64,000 nucleotides of DNA from an uncultured Spirochaetota bacterium. GTDB taxonomy: Bacteria; Spirochaetota; Spirochaetia; SZUA-6; CAVTHK01. Where the stretch lies: NCBI GenBank assembly GCA_963734495.1, contig CAVTHK010000002.1, positions 160,001 to 224,000 on the forward strand. The letters run 5' to 3'. Position numbers and translations under genes: made by a program. The notes under the pieces were generated by a model. That model ran no database searches and had not been told where the DNA came from. It worked only from the letters and a program-made list of their open reading frames with translations. Positions 47,358 to 59,151 of this stretch are shown here, piece after piece (the stretch's first letter is position 1; each line of letters starts with the position of its first letter).

Positions 47358-48356
47358 GTGGCAAAGAGCATAAAGATCGCGATCGTGGGATTCGGGAACG
47401 TGGGGCGCGGCGTCCTCGCGGCGCTGGGCAGGAACCCGGACATGAGCCTCGCCGGGATCATCTCGCGGGATCCGCAGCGGGTGCGGGCGGCGGCGCCCGA
47501 TGCGCGCGTCTTCGCGCTGGCCGAAGAGAAGGCCTGGCGCGAGAAGCTCAACGCCGACGTGGCGATCCTCTGCGGGGGCTCCGCCGTCGACCTCCCGATC
47601 CAGGGGCCCTTTTTCGCGAGGTTCTTCAACACGGTGGACAGCTTCGACACCCACCACGACATCCCCGCGTACTTCGCCAGGATGAACAGCGTCGCGCGCA
47701 AAGCCGGAAAGACCTCGGTCATCTCGACCGGCTGGGACCCTGGCGCGTTTTCGCTCGAGCGCGTGCTGGCCGACGCGTTCATCCCGGGGGCGGTCCGCCA
47801 CACCTTCTGGGGCCGCGGCGTGAGCCAGGGGCACTCTGACGCGGCCCGTCACGTCGAGGGAGTCAGGGATGCCCGTCAGTACACGATTCCCATCGAGCAG
47901 GCGATCGACCGCGTGCGTTCCGGAACCGGCGCGGCCCTCTCGACGCGCGACAAGCACCGCAGGCTTGTTTACGTGGTGGCCGAAGAGGGAGCCGACCGGG
48001 AGCGGATCGCGCGAGACATCAGGACGATGCCGAACTACTACGCGGACTACGAGACCGAGGTCGCGTTCGTGAGCGAGGAGCAGATGAAGCGCGACCACTC
48101 CGCCTACCCGCACGCGGGCTTCGTCCTGACGGCGGGCACGACGGGGGCCGGCGAGCCCGGCAACAAGGCTCTGATCGAGTACCGCTGCGAATGGGGGAGC
48201 AACCCCGAAGCCACGGGCAGCATCCTGGTGGCCCACGCGCGCGCGGCCGCGCGACTCGCCCGCGAAGGCCGCCACGGCGCCTTCACGATCCTGGACATCC
48301 CCCCGGCGTACCTGAGCCCGCGACCAGCCGCCGAGCTGCGCGCGAGCTTCCTGTGA
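47358..48356 (+). CDS. ddh: meso-diaminopimelate D-dehydrogenase
   Basis: GFGNVGRG, CGGSAVD, VDSFDTH, GWDPG, TFWGRGVSQGHSDA, QYTIP, SNPE. Confidence 0.93.
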   Translation: MAKSIKIAIVGFGNVGRGVLAALGRNPDMSLAGIISRDPQRVRAAAPDARVFALAEEKAWREKLNADVAILCGGSAVDLPIQGPFFARFFNTVDSFDTHHDIPAYFARMNSVARKAGKTSVISTGWDPGAFSLERVLADAFIPGAVRHTFWGRGVSQGHSDAARHVEGVRDARQYTIPIEQAIDRVRSGTGAALSTRDKHRRLVYVVAEEGADRERIARDIRTMPNYYADYETEVAFVSEEQMKRDHSAYPHAGFVLTAGTTGAGEPGNKALIEYRCEWGSNPEATGSILVAHARAAARLAREGRHGAFTILDIPPAYLSPRPAAELRASFL

Positions 48357-49688
48357 GCGTCGCAATGGCGGTCACTCTCGGTCCGGGCAGCGTGTCCCCC
48401 CGACACGTCGTCGAAGCGGCGCGCGCGTTCGGCACGCCGCTCTACCTCTACGACGAGCGCGCCATCGCCGAGCGGTGCCGCGAGGTCCTCTCGATGCCCC
48501 ACGCGTTCGGGCTCGAGCCCCGCTACGCGATGAAGGCCAACTCGAGCAGGGCGATCCTGCAGCTCGTGGCTGCGCAGGGCTTCGGCATCGACGCGAGCTC
48601 GCTCAACGAGGCCCGCCGGGCGTACGCCGCGGGGATCCCCTGGCCGCGGATCATGCTCACGACGCAGGAGGTGCCGCGCGGGAGCGAACGCGCTGATCTC
48701 GAGCGGATGATGCGTGCAGGCCTGCGCTACACGGTGTGCTCGCTGCTGCAGCTCGAGCTGGCGGCCGGCTTCGCCGCGCGCGAGCGGCTGCCGCTGGCCC
48801 TGCGCGTGCACCCGGGTGTCGGCTCGGGCGAATCAGCGACCCGCAACACGGGCGACAAGTACTCCTGCTTCGGCGTCCACCTCGTCGATCTGCCCGCGGC
48901 GCTCGACCTCGCGCGGTCCGTCGGCGTGAGGTTCGATACCGTCCACGTCCACATCGGTTCCGGGGGCGACCCTGTCGCCTGGCGCCGGAACGTCGACCGC
49001 GAGCTCGCGATCGTGGAGGAGCACTTTCCCGACGCTGCGCGCGTCAGCTTCGGAGGCGGCCTGAAGGTGGCGCGCATGCCCGACGAGACCCCGGCCGATC
49101 CCGCGGCGCTCGGCGCCTACGCGAAAAAGCGGATCGAGGAGCTGGCAGGCCGGACCGGCCGCCGCCTCGTCATGGAGGTCGAGCCCGGGACCTACATCAT
49201 GGCAAACGCCGGTTACGTCGTGACCTCGGTTCTGGACGTCAAGCGGACGGGGCCCGACGGCTTCGAGTTTCTCGTCTGCGATGGAGGCATGGAGGTCAAC
49301 GCGAGGCCGCTGCTCTACGGCTCGCGTCATCCGTTCTACGTGGTCGGCGCGGACGGGGCTCTGAAGTCATCGGAGCACGACCTGTCGGGGCTGGACCCCG
49401 AGCGCGATCTCCGCGTCGTCGTGGGCCGCTGCTGCGAGAGCGGCGATTCGCAGAGCCTCGACGCGGCAGGGCATATCGTGCCGCGCGTCATGTCCGCAGC
49501 CGCCCCCGGCGACTACTCTCGTGGTGGGCGGCGCCGGAGCGTACTGCGCGAGCATGAGCCCCTCGAACTACAATTCTCACGTCCAGGCCACCGAGGCGCT
49601 GCTGCGCGCCGACGGCAGGCTCGAGCTCATCCGCCGGAGGCAGACCCTCGAGCAGATGACGGCCAACGAGATCGGTCTGGCGGAGTAG
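48353..49688 (+). CDS. lysA: diaminopimelate decarboxylase, frameshift near 49517
   Basis: GTPLYLYD, YAMKAN, HVHIGSG, EPG, CESGD; the next frame gives GAYCASMS..NYNS. Confidence 0.9.
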
Positions 49689-49710
49689 GCGAAGCCCCCG
49701 CGCGGCGCGC

Positions 49711-49742
49711 AAAAAAAGGGCCACCCGCGGGGGTGGCCCTTT
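49711..49742. terminator. intrinsic terminator between convergent genes
   Basis: A7-GGGCCACCC-GCGG-GGGTGGCCC-TTT. Confidence 0.8.
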
Positions 49743-49758
49743 CCGTTGGTATCTGACC

Positions 49759-50754
49759 CTAGAACTTGAAGAATGTTTTGAGCTGGAAGGTGACCGCGCT
49801 GTTGGCGAAGGAGACGTTCTTGCCCGCGAGCGGGTACATGTAGCCGACCTCGACCTCGAAAGGCATCGGGATCACGCCCACCACGAAGGCGGCCACCCAC
49901 GGCCGGATGTTGAGGCTGTACCCTTCGTCGTTCTGGCCAGTGCCGTCGACCTTGACTTCGGGAGTCATGACGTAGGTGACCGGGATGCCGGCCTTGAGCT
50001 GGAGCTTCTTGGGCGTCATCCACTTCTCGAAGTGGGGCTCCGCCTCGAGGGTGAGCTGGTATCCGAAGTCGAACTCGGCTTCGAGCTCCGTCGGCGCCGG
50101 CGTGAAGTCCAGGAACTTGACGTCCCGCTTGAGGTACTTGATGAACTCCGAGTAGAGGTTCACATAGAACATGTCGGGGGCTTCGCCGGGCTCCGCCAGT
50201 CCGCCTTGATCCTTTACGAACACGTAGTCGAAGTAGGCGCGGCCGCCGAGCCCGAACACGTGCCTGTCGGCGCTGGCGAGCGCGAAGTCATCGCCGGCGA
50301 GCGCGTCCTTGGCCGCCTGCTTGAAGTCGGGGCCCGGAAGCGGCACGACGACGCCCGCCGCGGCGGCGAACCGCATCGTGTCGTTCTTCATCGTGGTCAC
50401 GGGGTCGTCACCCAGGATCTGGACCTTGCCCCCGAGGAACAGGTCGAAAGCGCCGGCGACGTGGGCTTTGTCGGCCGTGTCGAGCGTCGAGGAGACGATG
50501 TAGCCGGGGATCCACTGGGCGGCCAGGTTCACGCCCGGGATGATGCCGTACTCGAGCGCCGCGCCGATGTTGAAGGTGGTGAGCGTGTCGCTCGCGTCGA
50601 CCCGCTTGCTGCTGTCGTCGAACGCCTTGTCAGCCATCGTGTAGGCGCCGGCCACGCGCGCCCTCCACACCCCCTGGGGCAGCACGAGCGCGTCGTCGGC
50701 GAACAGCGCGGCTGCCGCGAAGAGAACCAGTGTCACAACCAGCAGTCTTCTCAT
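49759..50754 (-). CDS. putative outer-membrane beta-barrel protein
   Basis: Signal peptide, amphipathic strands, C-terminal Phe (FQLKTFFKF). Confidence 0.65.
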   Translation of the reverse strand: MRRLLVVTLVLFAAAALFADDALVLPQGVWRARVAGAYTMADKAFDDSSKRVDASDTLTTFNIGAALEYGIIPGVNLAAQWIPGYIVSSTLDTADKAHVAGAFDLFLGGKVQILGDDPVTTMKNDTMRFAAAAGVVVPLPGPDFKQAAKDALAGDDFALASADRHVFGLGGRAYFDYVFVKDQGGLAEPGEAPDMFYVNLYSEFIKYLKRDVKFLDFTPAPTELEAEFDFGYQLTLEAEPHFEKWMTPKKLQLKAGIPVTYVMTPEVKVDGTGQNDEGYSLNIRPWVAAFVVGVIPMPFEVEVGYMYPLAGKNVSFANSAVTFQLKTFFKF

Positions 50755-51013
50755 TTACGAACTCCTTTCGGCTTCGACGCCGTCATTCAGTGGGACCATT
50801 CTACACGAATTGCGTCCTCGCGCAACCCACGCGGGCAAGCCTACCTGAAACCTCGGCATATCTCACCTTTGGCTGGAGCCCCCGGCGGCGGGAAGCGGGC
50901 GACTGGGGAGGATCCGGCCACGCGCTGCGCAAGCTCTGCAAGTCTCGTCTGATCTTTCAGCAAGCGTTCAGAAAACTCTTGACTCGAGCGTCGCCCATGA
51001 GAACAATTGAGCC

Positions 51014-52036
51014 GTGAGCAAGCTTCCCGCAGCGCCCACCCTGGATGACGTGGCGCACCGCGCCGGCGTGTCGCCCGCTTCGGTCTCGCGGGTGCTGAAC
51101 GGCGTCGGCCCGACGAGCACGGCCCTGCGCGATGCCGTACGGAAAGCCTCCGAGGAGCTGGGGTACGTGCCGCGCCGCTCCCGGCCCTCGGGCGCGCGCC
51201 CCGTCGTCGCGGTGCTGACGCCGGACCTGCTGAACCCGTATTTCAATGAGATCATCCGCGGCATCGAGGAGCGCGCCTGGATCGCCGGGCTGGTGACGTC
51301 CGTCATGGAGGTCGCCGGCAGCCCGGACGCGGGCGGCGCCGCGGCCGAGTGGCTGAGCTCCGAGCGCGTAAGGGGCACTGTGGTCTTTGGCGGCATCTTC
51401 TCCAACGAAGAGCTGAAAGCGTTTGCCGCCTCGCGCACCGATCCGCTGGTGGCCATCAACCAGGTCATCGAGGACCGGGACATCCTCTGCATCAACATCG
51501 ATTACGCGACCGCGATGCAGCAGGCGACCACGCACCTGTTGGAGCTCGGGCACCGGCGGATCGTGTTCGTGGGGAGCGAGAGCTCGCTGACCTCCGAGGC
51601 CAAGGTGCGCGGGATCCGGCAGGCTATGGCCCTGAGGGGGCTCGAGCTCGCCGACGAGGACATCCTCCACGGGGCGGGGACCGTGGAGTGGGGGTTCCAG
51701 GCCACGAGCGCGCTGCTGGCGAGGCCGCCGGAAAAGCGGCCCACGGCCGTCATCGGCGCCAGCGACCTGATCGCCCTCGGAGTGCTGCACGCGGTCCGCA
51801 GCGGACAGCTATCGGTCCCGCGCGACGTCTCCGTCGTCGGCTTCGACGACATCGCCATGGCGTGCCACGCCAACCCGCCTCTCACGACGATCTCCGCGCC
51901 CAAGCCGAACATGGGCCGCCTGGCGGTCGACCTGATCCTGCGCGGCGGCGACGCGAAGCCGCTGGCGCTCTCGAGCTTCATCATGCTCGAGAGCCCGCTC
52001 GTCGTGCGCGAGTCGACGGCCCGCGTGGCCGGGTAG
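51014..52036 (+). CDS. LacI-family transcriptional regulator
   Basis: TLDDVAHRAGVSPASVSRVLN, LGHRRI, VPRDVSVVGFDD, PPLTTI, LVVREST. Confidence 0.93.
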   Translation: MSKLPAAPTLDDVAHRAGVSPASVSRVLNGVGPTSTALRDAVRKASEELGYVPRRSRPSGARPVVAVLTPDLLNPYFNEIIRGIEERAWIAGLVTSVMEVAGSPDAGGAAAEWLSSERVRGTVVFGGIFSNEELKAFAASRTDPLVAINQVIEDRDILCINIDYATAMQQATTHLLELGHRRIVFVGSESSLTSEAKVRGIRQAMALRGLELADEDILHGAGTVEWGFQATSALLARPPEKRPTAVIGASDLIALGVLHAVRSGQLSVPRDVSVVGFDDIAMACHANPPLTTISAPKPNMGRLAVDLILRGGDAKPLALSSFIMLESPLVVRESTARVAG

Positions 52037-52054
52037 GCGGCCCCCGGCCGGCGG

Positions 52055-53527
<1,473 letters not shown>

Positions 53528-53532
53528 CTATT

Positions 53533-53563
53533 GCTTGACAGCGGTCAAGCGCGGGCGGATTAT
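53533..53563 (+). promoter_or_regulatory. promoter of the ABC operon with a palindrome over -35
   Basis: GCTTGAC-AGCG-GTCAAGC containing TTGACA; GATTAT 17 nt downstream. Confidence 0.55.
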
Positions 53564-53591
53564 TCTGGGGCAATACTCCGGAGGAGGTGTC

Positions 53592-54854
53592 ATGAGAAAG
53601 CTCGTTTTGCTCGTAGTCATCGTCTCTCTGAGCGGGATCGCCTGGGCAAGCGGCGGACAGGAAGGCTCCAAGGGTCCCGTCACGCTGACCTGGTGGGCGC
53701 TCGACTTCAACAAAGGGCGCGAAGGCGATCTCGCCAAGAAGTACATGGATGCCAACCCCAATGTGAAGATCTCCGTCCAGCAGAACACGTCGCTCGGCCT
53801 GCAGGACAAGGTGCTCGTGGCGCTGCAGTCCGGGTCCGTTCCCGACATCATCGACATCCAGGCGGGCTGGAACATCCCGTACGCCAGCACGGGGCAGGTG
53901 CTCGCTCTCGACAGCTACATCGCCAAGTCGACGGTGGTGAAGAAAGAGGACTTCTGGCCCGCCAACTGGAACTCCGCGAACTACAACGGCAAGGTCTACG
54001 GCGTCCCCTACCGCGCCGAGTCCCACGGCTTCATCTACAACAAGAAGCACTACACGCAGGTCGGCCTCGACCCGAACCAGGGCCCCAGGACCTGGAAGGA
54101 GCTGATCGCCAACGCGCAGAAGCTCACGCGGACCGCCGACGGCAGGAAGATCTACGGCTACGCCATCTGCGGCGGCGGCGAGATCGGCAACATGATCTTC
54201 AACATGGTGCCGCAGATCTGGGCCAACGGCGGCGACGTGCTCTCGGCCGATTACAAGAAGGTCACCATCAACGAGCCGGCCGCGGTCGAGGCCGTGCAGT
54301 TCTACACGGACTTCTACACCAAGTACCACACGTCGCCGGACACGACGCTGCAGAACGGCGGCAACCAGAATCGCGACCTCTTCATCCAGGAGGTGGTCTC
54401 GCAGTTCCAGAGCGGCTCCTACGTCATCTCGGTGGCCAGGGCCGGCAATCCCAACATGAAGACCGACATGGGGTTCGCGATGATCCCGCCTCCCGAGGGC
54501 AAGAAGCCGGCCGCGGTGCTCGGCGGCTGGAACTTCATGATCCCGCAGAAGACCGCGAACGCCAACGCGGCGTGGAAGCTCGTCGAGTGGCTGGCCCAGC
54601 CCGACAACATGGCGTACTACACCGACACGTTCCCGGCGACGGCCTCGGCCATGAAGAACGCGAAGTTCTCGGATCCGGAGCTCAAGCCGTTCATCGACAT
54701 GCTGCCCTACACGCACATCAGCCCGCCCCTCAAGGGGTGGATCCAGATGCAGGCGGCCATCTTCAAGGAGGTGCAGAACGTCCTCCTCGGGCAGAAGCAG
54801 GTCAAGCCGGCCATGGACGACGCGGCCGCGGCCATGACCAAGCTGCTCGACTAG
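53592..54854 (+). CDS. sugar ABC transporter substrate-binding protein
   Basis: SD GGAGG; spirochaete-type WASGGQE signal; YNGKVYGVP, YNK, GGW. Confidence 0.9.
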   Translation: MRKLVLLVVIVSLSGIAWASGGQEGSKGPVTLTWWALDFNKGREGDLAKKYMDANPNVKISVQQNTSLGLQDKVLVALQSGSVPDIIDIQAGWNIPYASTGQVLALDSYIAKSTVVKKEDFWPANWNSANYNGKVYGVPYRAESHGFIYNKKHYTQVGLDPNQGPRTWKELIANAQKLTRTADGRKIYGYAICGGGEIGNMIFNMVPQIWANGGDVLSADYKKVTINEPAAVEAVQFYTDFYTKYHTSPDTTLQNGGNQNRDLFIQEVVSQFQSGSYVISVARAGNPNMKTDMGFAMIPPPEGKKPAAVLGGWNFMIPQKTANANAAWKLVEWLAQPDNMAYYTDTFPATASAMKNAKFSDPELKPFIDMLPYTHISPPLKGWIQMQAAIFKEVQNVLLGQKQVKPAMDDAAAAMTKLLD

Positions 54855-54885
54855 CGGGCGGCCGGCCGAACGGGGAGCGTGAGTC

Positions 54886-55762
54886 ATGCGGCACCGGGGC
54901 TCGGGCTACGGGCGTCGCGGCGGCGTGGCGTTCACGCTCCCCGTCACTCTCTTCCTGCTCACCTTTATCGCGTTCCCCCTGTTCTTCAACGTGCAGCTGA
55001 GCTTCGTCTCGAACGGGCATTTCGCCGGGGCCAAGTACATCAGCGCCGTGCTCACCGACGCAACGATGTGGGACTCGCTGCGGATCACGGCCATCTATGT
55101 CGTCGGATCGGTCGTGTTCCAGATCCTGCTCGGGACCGCCGTGGGCATCGCTCTGGACCAGGAGTTCTACGGAAGGGCCGCGGCGCGCAGCATCACGCTG
55201 ATCCCTTGGGTGGTCCCGGGGGCCGTAGCCGCGACGACGTGGGCGTGGATGTACCACGGGGATTTCGGCATCGTCAGTCGCGTGCTGATCGAGCTCGGGG
55301 TGGACATCGCCCGCAAGGGGCTGCTCACGGTGCCCTCCACGGTCCTCGGCGCGTTGATCCTCGTCAACGTCTGGAAGATGTTCCCGTTCGTGGCCGTCAT
55401 GGTGCTCGCGGGCCTGCAGGGCATCGACCGCAATCTCTACGAGGCGGCCAAGGTCGACGGGGCGACCTTCTGGCAGGAGGTGCGGCATGATCACGATCCC
55501 GAACCTCCGCCACGTCCTGCTCTCCGTGCTTCTGTTGCTGACCATCTGGGGGGTCAACAGCATCACGCTCATCTACACGATGACCGGCGGCGGCCCGGCG
55601 GATCTCTCGCTGATCCTGCCGCTGCACGTCTACCGGATGGGGTTCCAGTTCTTCAACTTCAACGTGGCCGCTGTGGAGTCGCTCTTTCTGTTCGTCATGC
55701 TCGCGGCTCTGATCGCAGTCTACTTGAGCCTGTTCGGGGAGCGCGAGGAGCGCCGCAGATGA
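54886..55762 (+). CDS. sugar ABC permease, frameshift near 55487
   Basis: LIPWVVP, LAGLQGI..LYEAAKVDGA, then ITIPNL...TGGGP in the next frame. Confidence 0.87.
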
Positions 55763-56583
55763 AGCGACGGCCGCGCGTCGGGCTCCACGCCTTCATGATC
55801 GTCGTTTGCCTCTTCAGCCTCTTCCCGTTCGTGTGGATGATCACGACGTCGCTCAAGACTCTGGGCGACATTCACTCGATCCCGCCGAGGCTGCTGCCGA
55901 AGCAGGTGACGGTCGAGAGCTACGGCAACGTCTTTACGAAGTCGAACATCCCGCGTTACTTCATCAACAGCGCCATCACCTCCACCGGGGCCACCGCGAT
56001 CGCGCTGGTCTTCGCCGTGCTGGGCGGGTACGGGTTCTCGCGCTTCCGCTTCCGGGGCCGCGGCCTGCTGCAGACGGCGGTGCTCTCGGCGCAGATGATG
56101 CCGACGGCCGCGATCATCGTGCCGCTGTTCATCATCCTGCGGTCCATGGGGCTGCTGAACACCTACCTGGGATTGATCCTGGCCTACCTCATCATCACGC
56201 TGCCGCTCAGCGTCTGGATGATGACCGGCTACATCCACTCGATCCCCGTGGAGATCGAGGAGGCGGCGACGATCGACGGCTGCAGCCGCCTGCGGGTCCT
56301 CACGCGCCTCGTGATCCCCATCTCGATGCCGGGCATCGTGGCCACGGCCGTGTACTCGTTCGTGGTGACCTGGAACGAGTTCCTGCTGGCGCTCAGCCTC
56401 GCGACGGACAAGAAGGTCATGACGCTGCCGATCGGCCTGGCGGAGTTCACCAAGGAGTACGTCACGGACTGGGGCGCTCTCATGGCGGGCTCGGTCATCA
56501 TGACCCTGCCCATCGTGGTCGCGTTTTTCGGGCTGCAGCGCGCGTTCGTGAGCGGACTGACCGCGGGCGCGACCAAAGGATAG
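55759..56583 (+). CDS. sugar ABC permease
   Basis: IPVEIEEAATIDGC, WNEFL, TLPIGL, GLTAGATKG. Confidence 0.92.
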   Translation: MKRRPRVGLHAFMIVVCLFSLFPFVWMITTSLKTLGDIHSIPPRLLPKQVTVESYGNVFTKSNIPRYFINSAITSTGATAIALVFAVLGGYGFSRFRFRGRGLLQTAVLSAQMMPTAAIIVPLFIILRSMGLLNTYLGLILAYLIITLPLSVWMMTGYIHSIPVEIEEAATIDGCSRLRVLTRLVIPISMPGIVATAVYSFVVTWNEFLLALSLATDKKVMTLPIGLAEFTKEYVTDWGALMAGSVIMTLPIVVAFFGLQRAFVSGLTAGATKG

Positions 56584-56594
56584 GACTTCCGGGC

Positions 56595-57527
56595 ATGGTG
56601 ACTTTCCCCTCGCAGATCGGCATGGGGTCGTTCCAGTTCCGCGAGGCCGTGCCGGGCAGCGACGCCCTCCGTGTCGCGGCCGAGGTGTGGCGGGCGGCGT
56701 GGGAGCACGGCGTGCGCCATATCGACACCGCCCAGAGCTACGGGAACGGCGTGTCCGAGGCTGCCGTGGGCGAGATCGTGCGCGGCTACGACGACGCGTT
56801 CGTGGCCACGAAGATCCACTACAAAGCGAGCGCCGACGAGGTCGTGGCCGCCGTCGAACAGAGCCGCTCGCGCCTCGGGCACGACGTCATCGACCTGGTC
56901 TACCTGCACTGGCCCCGCCGCGGCCAGGCGTTGCGGCCCGTGATGGAGGGGTTCGCGCGCTGCCGCGACAAGGGATGGATCAGGCACGCCGGAGCGAGCA
57001 ACTTTTCCGTGGTGGAGCTCGAGGAGGCGTCCCGGGTGTGCCCGATCGACGCCTACCAGATCGGCTACAGCCTCCTCTGGAGGTATCCCGAGCGCGACGT
57101 CATCCCGTGGTGCCGCGAGCACGGCGTCGCCGTGATCACCTACAGTGCTCTCGCGCAGGGGCTGCTGGCGGGAAAGATCCGCGACCGCAGCCAGATTCCG
57201 GCGGACGACCCGCGCCTGAAGACGCTGTACTACGACGAGGGGGTCTTCGAGCGCATCCGGCCCGCGGTCGAGGCCATGGTCCAGGCCGCGGCGGGCGCGC
57301 GGGAGCCGCTCGCGCGCCTCGCGTTGGACTGGGTGCTGAGCCGCCCGGGCGTGTCGGCCACGCTCCTGGGGGCGAGCTCCGCGCGGCAGATCGTCGAGAC
57401 GCTCCCCGAGGGCTACCCGCACGACGCGGCCGCGGCGGCCAGGGCCCTGCGGGAGCTCACGCGGCTCTCCGACGAAGTCGCGCCCTTCATTCCCGACATC
57501 GGGAACATCTTCAAGCACTACCCGTAG
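56595..57527 (+). CDS. aldo/keto reductase
   Basis: IDTAQSYGNG.SE, ATK, IDLVYLHWP, GASNF, YSALAQGLL. Confidence 0.88.
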   Translation: MVTFPSQIGMGSFQFREAVPGSDALRVAAEVWRAAWEHGVRHIDTAQSYGNGVSEAAVGEIVRGYDDAFVATKIHYKASADEVVAAVEQSRSRLGHDVIDLVYLHWPRRGQALRPVMEGFARCRDKGWIRHAGASNFSVVELEEASRVCPIDAYQIGYSLLWRYPERDVIPWCREHGVAVITYSALAQGLLAGKIRDRSQIPADDPRLKTLYYDEGVFERIRPAVEAMVQAAAGAREPLARLALDWVLSRPGVSATLLGASSARQIVETLPEGYPHDAAAAARALRELTRLSDEVAPFIPDIGNIFKHYP

Positions 57528-57676
57528 ACGCAAAGCCGTAGACACAGAGGGCCGGTTGGTGCGATTCTGCAGCGGCCGCGGCGGCCCCGGGCGGCCGGAG
57601 CCGCCGGACGCGATCAAGCGCGGGCCGGCTGCCCGCGCACAAACAGCTCCCGCGGGAACAGCAGGAGGAGGGAAGA

Positions 57677-58123
57677 ATGGAACAGATTGGCACGAAGGCC
57701 TTTATGCAGATCTGCCTCGTGGTCAAGGACGCGGAGAAGACCATGAAGAACTTCATGGACACGTTCGGCATCGAGAAGGGGACGCTCAAGGTCATCCCCG
57801 AGCCGGAGACCTTCCGCACGATCTACCGCGGCAAGCAGATCAAGACCAAGACCAAGTACTACGTGTTCAAGATGGGCGAGATGACGATCGAGCTCACCGA
57901 GCCGGACGAAGTGCCCAGCGTCTGGAAGGAGATCTTCGACGAGCAGGGGCAGGGGCTGTGCTACCTCGGCGTGATGGTCCCGGATTCCGCAAAGGCCGTG
58001 AAATCGCTCGAGAAGGCGGGGAACCCCTGCATCCACTACGGCGGCAACGAAAAGTCGAACTACAACATCGTGGATTGCCGGGAGTCGCTCGGCTTCTACA
58101 TGAACGTCAAGATGCAGAAGTAA
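57677..58123 (+). CDS. VOC-family protein (methylmalonyl-CoA epimerase-like)
   Basis: QICLVVKD, IELTEP...SVW, GQGLCYLG; SD GGAGG. Confidence 0.75.
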   Translation: MEQIGTKAFMQICLVVKDAEKTMKNFMDTFGIEKGTLKVIPEPETFRTIYRGKQIKTKTKYYVFKMGEMTIELTEPDEVPSVWKEIFDEQGQGLCYLGVMVPDSAKAVKSLEKAGNPCIHYGGNEKSNYNIVDCRESLGFYMNVKMQK

Positions 58124-58185
58124 GGGCCCGCCGAGTACGGCGGACTCGGGACTTCGCGAGGGCGCGAAGTCATAGGAGCAGGAAG

Positions 58186-58602
58186 ATGGCGATTACGGGA
58201 ATCGGGCACCTGGCGCTGACCGTCAGCGACATGAAGAAGTCGCTGGATTTCTACACCGGGCCCATGGGGTTCACCAAGGTCTTCGAGATTCCGGACGACA
58301 GCGGCAAGCCCTGGATCGTGTACCTCAAGGTGGGCAGCGGCCAGTTCGTCGAGCTCTTCTATCCCGCCGGCGAATCGGCGGCTGACGGCGTCAAGCGGGC
58401 GGGGTTCAATCACGCCTGCTTCCTGGTCGACGACATCCACAAGACCGTGGCCGACATCCAGAAGCGCGGCGGCGTCCTCGACCGGCCGATCAAGACGGGC
58501 AAGGACGGCAACGCCCAGGCGTGGGTCAAGGACCCCGACGGGACGCGGATCGAGCTGATGCAGATCATGCCGCAGTCCCCGCACGCGAAGCACGCGAAAT
58601 AG
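58186..58602 (+). CDS. VOC-family protein (glyoxalase I-like)
   Basis: HLALTVSD..KSLDFY, VELF, HACF.VDD, DPDGTRIELM. Confidence 0.85.
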   Translation: MAITGIGHLALTVSDMKKSLDFYTGPMGFTKVFEIPDDSGKPWIVYLKVGSGQFVELFYPAGESAADGVKRAGFNHACFLVDDIHKTVADIQKRGGVLDRPIKTGKDGNAQAWVKDPDGTRIELMQIMPQSPHAKHAK

Positions 58603-58661
58603 GGGCGCCGGGGCGGCCCGGGGGACGCCCCCGGGGGCGCCCTGCACGAGGGGAGAAGCAG

Positions 58662-59114
58662 ATGAAGCAGCCGCTGGACACCAGCGTGGTGACCCAGGTC
58701 GCCATCATCGTCAAGGACATCGAGAAGTCGGCGAAAGATTTCGCCGAGTTCCTGGGCGCCGCCGTGCCCGAGATCCGGGTCACCGCGCCGCGGGAAACCG
58801 CGCAGACGATGCACCGCGGAAAGCCGAGCGAGGCGCGGGCGAAGCTCGCCTTTTTCGACATCGGGCCGGGGCTCCGCCTGGAGCTCATCGAGCCCGACGA
58901 GCACCCGAGCACCTGGCGCGAGTACCTGGACGAGCACGGCGAGGGCGTCCATCACATCGCCTTCAACATCAAGGGGACGAAGCAGAAGATCGACCGCCTG
59001 GGCAAGGACGGCATGCCCCTGATCCAGACGGGCGAGTACAAGGGCGGCCGGTACGCGTACATCGACGCGCTCGGCAAGCTCAAGACCGTCATCGAGCTGC
59101 TCGAGAACGATTGA
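58662..59114 (+). CDS. VOC-family protein (methylmalonyl-CoA epimerase-like)
   Basis: QVAIIVKDIE, LELIEP...STW..YL..HGEGVHHIAF, IELLE. Confidence 0.85.
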   Translation: MKQPLDTSVVTQVAIIVKDIEKSAKDFAEFLGAAVPEIRVTAPRETAQTMHRGKPSEARAKLAFFDIGPGLRLELIEPDEHPSTWREYLDEHGEGVHHIAFNIKGTKQKIDRLGKDGMPLIQTGEYKGGRYAYIDALGKLKTVIELLEND

Positions 59115-59151
59115 GCCGGCCGCGGTCCGCCGCGACGCCGATTGCGGCCCG

